Shown in pieces: positions 13,525 through 26,224 of a DNA stretch of 64,000 nucleotides (positions are counted from its first letter, which is position 1; every line of letters begins with the position of its first letter). The translations under genes were made by a program, and so were the position numbers. Source of the stretch: Ostrea edulis (lineage: Eukaryota); the NCBI RefSeq assembly GCF_947568905.1, contig NC_079166.1, positions 60,760,001 to 60,824,000 of the forward strand. The letters run 5' to 3'. A model generated the notes under the pieces. The model saw nothing but the letters and a program-made list of their open reading frames with translations, was not told the DNA's origin and ran no database searches.

Positions 13525-13615
13525 CCATTCCGTTATCACCTGAATATGGTGTTTTTATATCTCTCAACTGATTCGATACGCAAGAGCTTGTTCTGCGTAT
13601 GATCAGTTTTTAAAT
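13525..13615 (+). mobile_element. Penelope-like RT fragment
   Basis: Reads IPLSPEYGVFISQLIRYARACSAYDQFLN, nearly identical to the ORF at 59850-60188. Confidence 0.8.
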
Positions 13616-16600
13616 CAAAACAAGCTACTGACACTGTCGTATTTACCACACAACAACGTATGCTTACAGAATGGTTAGACTTTAGTAAACAGATGTGCAC
13701 ACTGAAGGTCCGGAAGCAAGCTAGGCATGCGCAATAAAGTTTCGGAAGTCAATTAGTCAACTACTATGGTTGATGATCGAACTAGGCCCTTATCTTATTT
13801 CTTTACTTTGCACAATCCTGAAAACAAATCCCTATGCATACTACATAAATTTAAATGGCCACAAATCGTGTATAAACATGTAACACGTGTCATTTGTCAT
13901 TCAAAGTTGAATGTTTGTCTAAGATAATTCCTACGCCTCATCTCTCCAATATAAAAAAAATCTTACTGTGTGTCCTTACTGTAACTGTCAGCTTCATCAG
14001 CTGTTCATGGGATACGTGAGTGAAATATATTAGATGGGTATACAGATCAACATGTATGTTGCGGCCCCACCCACCCCACCCTAATATTTTCAAATTTAAG
14101 GTACATTGTGGTATCTTGTTTAGAAAAATGTACTAAACGATGAAAGAGGTAATAATTTCTTTCACTCCCGGAGAAATAATGACAAAATCTTTTGATTTCT
14201 TGAATTACTGTAATGGGAGAACTTCATTTTCCCCAAAACCCCTTAAAATTTGCGTCATTGCATTAATTTCACCTTTCACGGTATGAAAATGCACTTTAAG
14301 TGGCGAAGTATCATACAGGAAGAAGAAATTGATTGGATTTTCATTCGTTTAGAAACAAGACTTAGCAGATAAAGAAAGATAACTCTAATTATTACACCGA
14401 AGAAAAAGTGACAGTACAAAACACTTTGGCATGGTGCCTTTTTAAACCTTAATTTAATAAAAATGATTGAGATTTTTTACTTTGATATTAAGATCTGATA
14501 TTCCTCGACATTATTTTTTCTGCACGTACATCATTCTGTTGACATATATAAATCACAATCAAATGTAAATGCGGAACCACGCCTCCGTTTTCCGAAATGT
14601 GATATCTTAACGCTATCCATTTGATTTTTACATGGCGATATGAGAATGAATGTCCGTTTCAATTCCTTCCTGGGTGTTCTTATCATCTTATCAGTGAAAT
14701 TTTAAGTTGAGATTTTGTGTTTTTAAAAAAAGGAGGGGGTAGAGATGATTAAAGCTTTAGAAAAAAAATCGGTTGAAGAACAAATAACCTTTTGGCGGAT
14801 GAGAGCGTGTCAATTACATTGTACATGTCCGTGAGACATTCAGTATACATTGACTTTTCATGTACGTAAAGGTTTTACAACGATCCAAATGTTCAACATA
14901 TGGAATTACGGGGGCAGCCGAAAGTGGGGGAGACGGATGGGAAATGGGGGGGGGGGGGTGTTCGGACCAATTCAAGATTTCCACCAGCATCATAATATTT
15001 CTTTTGTGAGGATCTGGGTTAGAATAGGTACCAAATTATCATCAACAAATACATGGTACGCTTGTGTAAAAAAAAAAAAAGAAAAGAAATGTTCACATTT
15101 CGCTGCTCCAGTTACTACAGATATCGTAGAACTTTGTGTTCGCTGCTACAACGTTACAGATATTGACGCAAGCTTCAAAGATCAGCTGCAAATAATGTTT
15201 TATTTCACCGACCGTCATGAATTTGTCATTTTTTCCTCATCCTCTCTCCTTTTTCAAAATTATTGGAGCGGCATCTATTAGTTCCTTATTGAGATTGCAT
15301 CTACATAGACCGGCGTAAGTGGTGTACATATACATGCATCCAATTTATGTACATTGTACATGTAAATGATATCATGACCAGTAGAGATTCATATAAAACT
15401 TTGTCTCGGGATATAAGATATATCACACATTACAAGTATGCATTAATCATATAAGCAAAACCATCAAAATCCAGTTTGTTACTTTCGTTTTACATTTACA
15501 TTGTGCAAAGCCTTCTCTAAAATATTTTTTTCAGATATAAAATGTAAAATTTAATTGTAAATCACATGTATCGTATCATAGTTAATAGTTTAGCATCGTT
15601 CAAATTATTATCCAAGGTTGTAAATATGCTCAAACTTCACATGTCTTATGAAATTATGATAATGTATGATTTTTTAAGATTTTAGGGGGTGTACTTGTTG
15701 TAGAGCTGATAGCTTCTAAAATAATACGTCAACATATGATTTTCTTACTTAAATCCTTATTCTAAGATAATAATCTGTAAATTAAAAACAATTCATTCAA
15801 GGTTTAGTCCATAATAATTGGGGAAAAGACCAATATTGACGTCAACTGGTATTTCCACAGTATTTCTTTTAACATGTTTGGGCTCACAAAGTGTACATTA
15901 TGAAAATATGCATTGCAATTTATTAGAATAAATGATTACTTATAATTAAATAAAGGGTATATAGTCTATGTTGCTTATTACAGCCCATTTGTTTGGGAAA
16001 ATAATAATTATTAAGAAAAATAAAGAAGGAGGAGTGCATTTTCATTAATGTTGATGGGGTGCCTACTTTTGAGAAGCAATAACAATGAAAATAGCACGTC
16101 AACATATATATTTTTCAATGTCTATCTATTACTGGAATATATATTTATCTTGTAAAGGCAATTTTTTTCATGAGTGAGTCCATTTAAGGCCGAGTATAGA
16201 TCTAAATGGTCGAGTTGGCTTAGTGGTTGAACATTCGCTTCATGATCGGGAATTTGTGGGTTCGAACACCCCTTGTACCTTGTCCGCGATAAAAATAGGC
16301 AGTAGCTCGGAATTTAGAAGCGAGAGTTGTACGTCTTTTGGATGAGACCTTAAGGTAGCTCCACCCTCATATGCCTTATCAATATTAATGGTTGAAAGTG
16401 GAAAAAAAAACCTATTAATTTCCACTCAATATAGTTTGATTTAATTAGTGAGCAACGAAAATGTATATGTTACCACCTATTTAAAGATGTCAGACATGCA
16501 AAAACAGAAGTACATGTCAACATTAGAAAATCACACATTTGTGTAACACTTAATATAGATAAATGTTAACATGACGTTTTTTTTATATCAACTTTTTTTG

Positions 16601-17492
16601 TTTTTTGTTTTTTTGTTTTTTTTTAAACTGCTAATTTATAAATATGTATAAATTATGTATAAATTAATAGTGGCTATCAGGGAAATCATTCGATAATGGA
16701 CATGCAGTAGAGGGAATAGCACCATAGGATTTATTGCCCATGACATTTTTAAAGGAATAATCAAATTTATATAAACGTTTTCGCCATAAATAGTTTCCCA
16801 TTTTTTATTTTATCCAGTGAATAAAACTCCTCTGACAGATATAGTACAGTCCTGGGTGTCAAGCATAGGTCTACACTAGTGATATTACCTGCAGTAGGTG
16901 GTATCGTGATACGAGTGATAAATTCTCAATGAAAGTGATATCATGAAGTACAATTATTCTGCTGGCACGTTTTTCATGACATTCGCATCATCAAGCGAAA
17001 TATTTCAGTTTATAATGCCAAGATCACTGATGAATGTAGTTTTTTTTTTTCATTTCTAAATATTAGTATTTAGAGGAGTACGTGTGGGGGTTGTAACCCA
17101 CCTTTGGTGAAACACATTAAACAAAAAAAGTCTCTCTTATTTGTTGTTGTTGTTGTTGTTTTTTGGCCATTTTGGAGTCTTCGATGCTTCTTTTTGGGCA
17201 AAAAATAAATAAATACAAACTTGGGTCGCAACCCCCCCCCTCCCCGCTCATTTAAACATTTTCTGGATCCGCTTCTCCACCGGTCACTACTTGCTCCAGA
17301 CTGATCATGCGTCATCCATAACCTCGAACTTGACGTGTATTCAAATTTATTTTTGATTTAACTTTATTTACTAAAAACATTCGCCTCAAAGAAACAAAAA
17401 CAAAGCCCAGTCATTCAATACACCACATTCCCAAGGATCGTCTTTCACCCTAAGCTATGTTAACCATTCACACTCGGGTATTTCCGGGGTAT

Positions 17493-20400
17493 TTACGGAA
17501 GGTCTGTGAGGGATTTCTTCGGGGGAAGTCCTGTCGGCTTGGCTTTTTCCTTATTTTTTTCTTCAAACATCAGTATACTGCAATGAAAAATTGATTTCAT
17601 TTAAGTGTTGATTTTATTGAGACATTGGCAATTAAACAATTGCCATATTTCTTTGTCAATTATCTAAACTTACTTGTTATGCATGACAAAAATGTTTCTA
17701 AAGTCAATATCTTAACATATCTAGCCATGAATGTTTGTCGTTCATCAGCTGTAAGACCCCGTATTTCATGTTGGGCAAGCACGTGGAAACAGGGAACAGG
17801 CCATCTTCCTCTATTTTGACGACATTCATTTTCCATTAATTTTACATGCAAAGGTAAAATATGTAGCTATTTTCACATGAAAAATAAGATAAAATGTTGC
17901 CTCCTCCCCCGATTGGGAATTTTGAAGTTTGGGCAAAAAAGATTTTTTAAATGCTTGGCAAGGATTCAAGAGAACTGTGAAGTCATTTTCTCCATCGGCT
18001 GCCCCCTCCTTCCCCCGTCCATTGAAACACGATAAGTACTACGTGCCTTTAGGGCATAAATTGTTTTAGAAAAATATCTGAAGATTCCATTATTTACAAA
18101 AACTACCACATCAGCAAATAGAAAAGCTAGACACGTCTACCGTTAAAGGGGCATTAGCTGTGAAAGCGATGACAACCTTTTTTTTTTTTTTTTTTTTTAA
18201 TCTTTCAATGGCATGGGAATATATATTAATGACTAATAGAAACATTTATTTTGTACAAAAACAAGAGAAACCTAATAAAACTACGTTAGATAACCGTTTT
18301 TAGTGTAAAGAAATATACAATGTATACGGAAGAATTATTGTCTTGCAAGACAATAATTATTTAATCACCAAAATCACATATTCATGTGCCTGTTTTGTGG
18401 GTAAAACGTTTTTGAATTCATTAAATACTGGTTTTATTACTGAAATATATAAGATGGGACAATTTTCATTGAATTAAATTCTTGATGACAAAATGACAGC
18501 TATTATGCTCCTTTAACTTTATTTAGTAGAAATATACATGTAGTTCAAATAGTATGCATACCTACTTATCAATAGAAAAATATTCAGAAATCATTCGAGC
18601 TTTTTATATCGGAAAGTCACTGAGTATATACAAACATTATTTCATCTAGATCTTTGTAAATTATGATAAGAAAGTCGTGGGCATTATTTAAGAAAAACCC
18701 CAGTGTTATCATACTCTGCATTCTCTTCACCTGTCAATGTACCTGCCCTACGTGTGTGGGAAAATGTATTGTTAATTACATTGTATACTAACATTTTAAG
18801 GATGGAATTCTTTTTCCCCAGCATCATGTTGAGGAATTCTGTGTAGTTAATGGTGTTCGACCCATCTGTGTCGATTTCCGCAATCATTTTCTTTAACTCT
18901 AGGTGAGTCTTGGCCTGTCCTAGTTTCTCCATCATTTGCTTCAATTCCATGATATCTGTTTCGATGCAAACAGAACAATTTAATAATCTCAAAATTCTTA
19001 AACATTCAAACCTATTCTAACTCGCTTACAAGTTCAGAGTATTTTCAATCTATGAATGAATTAGTACACTGTAAATTGCAACTTACCGATGTCACCGGAA
19101 TTATCAAGGTCATATTCCATAAATTTAGCTACAAATCAAAAATATATGACCATTAGCATTGAAGCGACTACACAATGTACTGATGATATCGAAACACACT
19201 AATATTTTTGAACACACCAAGCATCACTATAAGGCATCAGGATTACCGCCCCTCCCCAATCAGCATCACTACGCAGGTACATTTAAACTATTTTCATCTT
19301 CAGAAATCTGTTCATTTACATAAAACACTATTTGTTTCTACATACTATGTAAATGTATGTTTAATAATGTAAATTTCTGGTCATTTCGTTTGTGTATAAT
19401 TATGAAATGTTTTCAACATTGTGGGGCCGTTTTTGGTCCCCAGTATTCATACAAAACGCTGACATCCCCTGGTATATAATTGTATAATGTTCCATCTCCA
19501 GCGCTCCGAAATTTTTTTATTTATCATTTTACTGCACATGACTTCTGAGTCATTTGAGTTTTAATTTTGGCTGGTGACAATAATCCTACCGAGTTAATAA
19601 AAAAATAAACAACTATTTACAGCGGCAGGCTTTGTAGGAACACGGCATTTTGTTTAATGATGTCATGTACATGGGGAACATATAAGCCTAGAACACATTC
19701 CATTTCCATTCAAGGGCCCGCGAGGGGCAGCGTGAAAATACATACAAACGTATTACATATATCAGTAAAGAAAGAGAAGTGTTTACATGACACATGGTTT
19801 AAGCACAATGTCACAATTGTTAATTGCATATATCCTATTGTTCAAAACATTTCCCAATTAGAGTTAGAATAGATGGCTCTTCAGAATATAATATGTATAT
19901 GAATTTTTGTTCATCATTAAGTGTAGGAAAATTCTGTATTTTTTTTTTTTAAAAAAAACCCTCACAAAAACGTTTTCTTTTATCAATATCGATTTCGTAT
20001 TTCGATTGGAACGCTTTTTAATCACTAAACGGTGAATTCATTCTCGCTATCTACAAGACATGGCTTTTTCCCCCAGATATCTACATGGAATATCTATAGG
20101 TACTGTGTAGGCCCTACCGTACCAAAGGATTTCATGTCAATCGTCAAGGAAGTCTGAAAACCCGCAAACAAAAAAGTTCGTAGAAATACAAAAATAAACA
20201 TTTAAAAATATGTTCCTAAACTACATTTTGGGAACCATTTTCATTTGAGTCACGAGTGTGTCACTAGAACAAGCTACAGATCATGTGTGTGCCCCTGTGA
20301 CGTCTCACTAAACCTCTTATAGCATTGGTACTTCATTAGCGGTTGACATTTTCAAGACGGTAAATATTGTAACAGCCTAAATGTACTGGTTTTAGTAACA

Positions 20401-23079
20401 TTGATATCCGATATTGAATTTACACGTCAGGCAAAATTTGCATGAATTTCATGTAAGACCAAAGAATAAAGGTATTTGTTTCCTGTTACAAAGGCCAAAA
20501 AAAAAATCCAGGTAGGATTAAAAACAAATCTTTCCTAGAGGTTGGTTCACGCAACTTCAAGAAAAGGACCTAAACTAAGAACTAAATAACAAGAGTTGAT
20601 CACACTTATAGCATAAGTCACAATCTCAGAACTAAGATTCTAAAAGTGATTGGACTGTGCACCACAGGAGTATCCTTGCGGCGGTGGAGCGTTCGATTCG
20701 TAACCAGGAGGTCGTGACTCGTGAGTTAGAGCTCTGCTCGTGTCATGGCCGCGTCACACCTTTACGATAGGTAGTGATTGTTCCTTTGTGGTAATGATAA
20801 GCGAGAATCACTGGTCTATCGGGACGGAGGTCCAGCTTCATGCTGTTGAGATTAATATCTAAGAAAGTACCAGAGTTACTAACTGATGTAATCACCGAGT
20901 TCTCATTGTGACGACTGTATTCCCATGCCACTGGGAGCTGCCATTTTGTTTAATATATAAGCTAACCCGGATCGGAATTAAGACACATTCCGGAAATTAT
21001 TTTTCTCTGAGAAAATCCAGGTTGGCAACTTGGAATCCAGAGAGGTCGGGTAACAGGAAACACACATAATTATATTATTTGGCCTAATCCCAGCTGCAAC
21101 AATCTGTGTTCCAGATATTTCATCTACAATACCTGCAATTGTCTACACACCTTTGTAGTCCTGTAATTCCGTCTACACACGTTTGTATACTTGTAATTGT
21201 TTACACACCTTTGTATTCCTGTAATTGTCTACATACCTTTGTATTCCTGTAATGGTCTACACACCTTTGCATTCCTGTAATTGTTTACACACCTTTGTAT
21301 ACCTGTAATTGTTTACACACCTTTGTATTCCTGTAATTGTCTACACACCTTTGTATACCTGAAATTGTCTACATACCTTTGTATACCTGTAACTATGTCT
21401 ACAGACCTTTGTATTCCTGTAATTGTCTACATACCTTTGTATTCCTGTAATGGTCTACACACATTTGCATTCCTGTAATTGTTTACACACCTTTGTATAC
21501 CTGTAATTGTTTACACACCTCTGTATTCCTGTAATTGTCTACACACCTTTGTATTCCTGTAATTGTCTACACACCTTTGTATTCCTGTAATTGTCTACAC
21601 ACCTTAAAGTTTGTACTCCTGTAATTGTCTACACACCTTTGTAAACCTGTAATTGTCTACACACCTTTGTATACCTGTAATTGTCTACACACTTTTGTAT
21701 TCCTGTAATTGTTTACACACCTTTGTATTCCTGTAATTGTTTACACACCTTTGTATTCCTGTAATTGTCTACACACCTTTGTAAACCTGTAATTGTCTAC
21801 ACACCTTTGTAAACCTGTAATTGTCTACACACCTTTGTATACCTGTAATTGTCTACACACCTTTGTATTCCTGTAATCTTTCTTCCAAATCTTCCACATC
21901 GCTGTATGCATCTCCCTCCAGAAAATCCTTAAAGTAAACAATGTTAGGTATTAGCTAAAATAATTATAGCCCCAGATAAGTGAACAAAGAGACGTCAATA
22001 CTACATGTACGTATATTAAGTTACAAATTATCATGAAAACCTTTTTAATTCAAATTGTCCAGTTCTACATCCCTTGGATCAGCACATTTTATCACTACAG
22101 TATATGTGTGGTTTTGAGATTTCCTACCCAGGGATATGCACCTTTTATCACTATATGTGGTTTTGAGATTTCCTAATTTGGGATCCGCACCTTTTATCAC
22201 TATATGTGGTTATATTGGGATCCGCTCCTTTTATCATTATGTATGGTTTTGAGATTTCTTACCTAGGGATGCGCTCCTTTTATCTCTATAAAGGGGTTTC
22301 CAGATTTCCTATATTGGGATCCGCTCCTTTTTATCAATACGTGGTTTTTAGATTCCTTACCTTGTTAACTTCGTCCAGTGCATCTTCCTGTTCCTTTCGA
22401 AGCTTACCATATCTTTTCCCTCCTAAAATGTACGCATGCGCATAGTGTTAATTAATACCAAGAGAAGAATCACAAAATGTGGAAGTGAGTCGTTATTCTT
22501 TTTAATGAAAGTTAAGCATGAATTCATTGTACACAGTCGGATATCTAAACACACTCCTTCTTAAGAGGCGATTAGTGTGTACACATATGTACTTGTAAAC
22601 GATACCAAGCATAAGTTGATGATACTTGTGAGACGGAATTAAACCCGGAAAGGAATAATTTGACTACCATTCTTATACACATGATTGGTAGAACTTGATC
22701 ATTTCAAGTACACACTGCATCGACTATCTGTGGGAAATCGTTGACACATTTTGCGTTAGATTTTTAATTGTGAAAATAAAGACGGATAGCATTACGGAGT
22801 CGGCGAATTTTGCGTGTTCCAACAATGTGATAAAAATACCTCAGTTTGCGATTGATGTTTGGCATGGCCTAGATACCCGAACATTTCTATGTCACTACAA
22901 ATTGCATTGGCGCATGATTAACTAGCTATCAGTGTCAGTGGAATCGTCGTAAGCAAAGCGAGGTTCAACTCCACTGATTGCAAATTAGACACCGGGAAAT
23001 ATACCGAGACCGACCCTTTGTACCTTATAGAAGAAAATGTAAATTACGAAATTACGATCATCAATGGATTCAGCGAGAT

Positions 23080-23130
<51 letters not shown>

Positions 23131-23799
23131 TATACACCCACAACTATTACGTAAATAATTTAAAATATACAGTATTACTCATAACGAGGTAGATTTACTT
23201 GAAGTAGGTCACATCTTAATAGATTGCTTGACTGACAAAGTTTGGCCTGGGGGAAATCCGTGTGGTAAAAGCATTACTACACACATTTGTACAGCTTTAT
23301 CTGGCGTCCTGTATTCAAACGTCGTACTGATGTGATGTTTCTAAACATTACAACGTATTACAACCCATTTTATGAAGTAGGAGGAGCGTTTCTGTGTCAG
23401 CCCTGCTTTAAGGATGTGTGTAGCTTTTTGTTACGGGCCTGTTGAACTGATACTCCGTGATAAAATGAATTTTAAACTGTTTCCATTACGCTGGGATATA
23501 TAGGAAGTTTAATTTACTCTGTGTGTGCTTTGTTCTACAGGGGAAAGCGAAACGCTTTATTCAACAAATGTACAAATGTATCAGGAAGTTATATAAAGGA
23601 AATTAAAATTAAAATCCATTTGTTGGCAATATCGTTATATACTTGGAAAGAACCTCTATCGTTTTCCATAATAGAGGAATTGCAATAATCAATTCATTGA
23701 TGGAAAGAAACTTATTAGGAATAAAAACATTGAAAAGATAGCATGCCTAGGTTTGAAATCTTGAAAATTTCCATTACCTTGTTTGTCAGCGAAGTCCAT
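17493..23799 (-). CDS. AIF1: Allograft inflammatory factor 1 (Iba1-like EF-hand protein), 6 coding exons, 146 aa
   Basis: Exons (minus) 23799-23778, 22422-22361, 21927-21861, 19128-19087, 18955-18793, 17577-17493. All introns GT-AG; 441 nt, open frame. MDFADKQGGKRYGKLRKEQEDALDEVNKDFLEGDAYSDVEDLEERLQEYKAKFMEYDLDNSGDIDIMELKQMMEKLGQAKTHLELKKMIAEIDTDGSNTINYTEFLNMMLGKKNSILKIILMFEEKNKEKAKPTGLPPKKSLTDLP carries the AIF1 signatures QGGK, KTHLELKKMI and KPTG.PPKK..LP. Confidence 0.97.
18147..18512. mobile_element. TTAA-flanked MITE (Kolobok-like ends) in AIF1 intron 5
   Basis: TTAA|AGGGGCATTAGCTGT ... ACAGCTATTATGCTCCT|TTAA. Confidence 0.65.
20455..21085. mobile_element. Non-autonomous DNA transposon in AIF1 intron 3, with a SINE fragment inside (about 20640-20800)
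   Basis: Inverted ends sharing G(A/G)CCAAA..TGTTTCCTGTTAC and GTAACAGGAAACA..TTTGGCC. Confidence 0.5.
21130..21877 (-). repeat. 28-bp minisatellite (about 26 copies) overlapping the AIF1 exon 3 splice donor
   Basis: Minus-strand unit AGACAATTACAGGAATACAAAGGTGTGT. The last 17 nt of exon 3 are part of the array. Confidence 0.95.
22075..22360 (-). repeat. About 45-bp degenerate tandem repeat in AIF1 intron 2
   Basis: Plus-strand unit approximately GGGATCCGCTCCTTTTATCACTATATGTGGTTTTGAGATTTCCTA, starting at the exon 2 donor. Confidence 0.8.
23087..23124. repeat. (CT)n microsatellite in AIF1 intron 1
   Basis: Directly visible. Confidence 0.95.
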
Positions 23800-23839
23800 G
23801 TTGATTATATGTAACGTCCGCCTCAAACTTGAAACACAC

Positions 23840-23890
23840 AAATAACTGAATAACGACGGTCGATTTCCCGTAAGTCTTTAAATACACGAG
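23840..23890 (-). promoter_or_regulatory. Candidate AIF1 core promoter: TATTTAAA, STAT/GAS-like site, Inr-like TCAGTT
   Basis: Minus-strand TATTTAAA at 23884-23877, TTCCCGTAA at 23865-23873, TCAGTT at 23849-23844; ATG at 23799. Motif matches only. Confidence 0.45.
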
Positions 23891-25014
23891 TGCCCGGAGT
23901 CAATGATGGTTAGGTATCTAGTGTGTATCTCAAGCTTCCTGTTATGTCACGTGGGGTCCGTAATATAGATGACATGTACAATTAATGAGTAACTAGTTTA
24001 CTCAAACATACTCTCGTAATATGGTTTCCTTAACTGGAAAACATTGATAATCGGTTGTGTTAGTAACAGTATATTATTAAAATATCTACTTTTTAAGGAG
24101 CTACGCGAGATTAGACAATATTAAGATTTACAAACAATACACAAAACCGGTTATATCACAATACACAATATCAGTTATACAGTATATCTAGGGGTCCGGG
24201 GTTCGTGTTTACCCTACTCTCTATCTACATGTAGTATTCCCTATAGGAGTTATGAGATTGATCACTGTTCCTTATCTTCACCTTTCAGCAATACACAATA
24301 TCGATTATATCGCGAAATACTGATTGTTTTATAGATCGCGGTAGCCTTGGGCGACCTCGGTTCGAACCCGAGTACGTTCCTAGTCAGTGGGGGTAAATAC
24401 TTTAACGCTCTTTATAATAATCCAGCCAATCACATCTATCGTTTGAAAATTGACACATGCGCAGTATCATTACACTACCGCCATATTGCTACCTCACTAA
24501 CCCTAGTAGAAGGCAGGGTTAGTGTTGGGTAGAGCTCACATGTCACAGAACGTCAAAAGAGTTGACACTCTCTCCTTTCGATTGCAATTCGGGTAGTCTG
24601 AGTTTACACCCGAGTACGAAATGAAATGGCTCATTGTGGTTAAGGCTACCGCTTCCTAGCCTTGAGGCCAGAGTTCGATTCTCGAAAATGTTCAACGTAG
24701 GTAGTAGGTGTTGACTGTTCCTTCACTAAGCGCCCAGCATTAGAGTTGACAGTCACGGGCCATTTTCTACCCAGAGTTCCGTGCGATACTCGCGCTTTAC
24801 CTCTGTCAACGCTCAGTCAACGGCTTTTTACAGAAATCTTGTAAAAGTTTCCAATACCCAACATTTATGTTTTGGACTAAATGTTTAGTCATATCATGAA
24901 AGGCTTTTGGTGCAATTAAATTGATGCTTACTGTAAATTGCTTAAAATGGCTGTTTTCTGATCCTAAGATTGGAACAGTTACTACAGTGTTCCCTCGATA
25001 TGCCCCGCACCCCC

Positions 25015-25282
25015 TCCCCGCCGCGGTGGCCGAGAGGTTAGAGCGTTTGCCCCGCATGCGGGAGGCCGGGGTTCGAATCCCGGCCGCGACAGACCGAAGT
25101 CATTAAAACAGGTAGTGAAAGTTCCATCGCCAAACGCTCGGCATCAGGTGTGAATGTCCTCGGAGATGACCTTAAAAGCGGATGACCCGTGTCACAGTAG
25201 GTGTGTCACGCTAAAAAACCCTCACTGCTCAATGGCCATAAGCGCCGAGCATAGGCCTAAATTTGAAGCCCTTCACCGGTCT

Positions 25283-25317
<35 letters not shown>

Positions 25318-25352
25318 CGAAACGTTAAGCAAGATACAATCAATCAATCAAT
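25015..25352 (+). mobile_element. Near-intact tRNA-derived SINE (Meta/MESC-like)
   Basis: A box TGGCCGAGAGG, B box GGTTCGAATCC, central GGTAGTGA..CGCCAAACGCTCGGCATCAGGTGTGAATGTC domain, (CAAT)n tail. Confidence 0.9.
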
Positions 25353-25696
25353 CATCCCAGTATAATGCCACACTCGTTAATTGTCTAAAAGTCCTAAAGA
25401 ACAGATTGCTCCCCATGTTAACCCCCTGTTATAATGCCAACCCCGCATAATGCCATATGTCATTTATTTCCACATACATATGCTCAAATGTTATAGGGTG
25501 TACCCTCCATAATGTCAGTTACCCAACACTCCTCAATAATCACACATGTACAGAGAATAGAGCGGTAAAGTGTGGCATTATGGACAAAGTATTCAGGTGG
25601 TTAGGTTAATTACAAATAATTGTTGAATTAAACTCGAGATTATTCAACTGTTTATACAGAATGGAACCCAAACGCATTATTGTATTAGAGTCTTAA

Positions 25697-26224
25697 AGGG
25701 ACATGGACACGATTTGAGCTGAAAATTTTCAAATTTTACTTTTTGATTTTTAATGTTTAGAATGCTTAACTAAGGTATTACTAATGATCAGCAAAAATTT
25801 GAATGTCAGTAGTCAAGGTACATGTACATGGGAGATACAGAGGTCACAAGTCCTTGTAATATAAACAAGGCTCGTGTCATGTTTTTGTTTACGTAGGTTA
25901 AATGAACTAGTAAAAGTTTCGTTTAAAGCAGATTTTTTCAATTTATAAGTGAATTATTAACACAATTAAATATTTTCTAGTGTTTAGCACATCTCATGTT
26001 CTTTTAACACACTATTTTCTATTAAACAGCCTAATGTAAACAAAAACACGACGCGAGCCTTGTATACATAACCATGAATTGCAAGTGCTGTATCTCACTT
26101 ATAACTCAACAACTGATATTCAAATTTTGGTTGACCATTAGAAACACTTTCGTAAGCATTGTAAACAATACAAATGGGAAAATAAAATTTGAACTTTTTC
26201 AACTCAAATCGTGTCCATGTCCCT
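25697..26224. mobile_element. Non-autonomous DNA transposon with Kolobok-like ends
   Basis: TTAA|AGGGACATGGACACGATTTGAG ... CTCAAATCGTGTCCATGTCCCT|TTGA, with further internal inverted similarity. Confidence 0.75.

Noticed and set aside
14850-15281. 143-aa plus-strand ORF
   Set aside because: Runs through poly-G and poly-A tracts and repeat fragments, with no domain signature.
18684-18992. Stand-alone calmodulin-like ORF
   Set aside because: It is exon 5 of AIF1 plus intron read-through.
25021-25092. tRNA gene
   Set aside because: The anticodon arm and acceptor stem are malformed and the sequence continues into a SINE body and tail.
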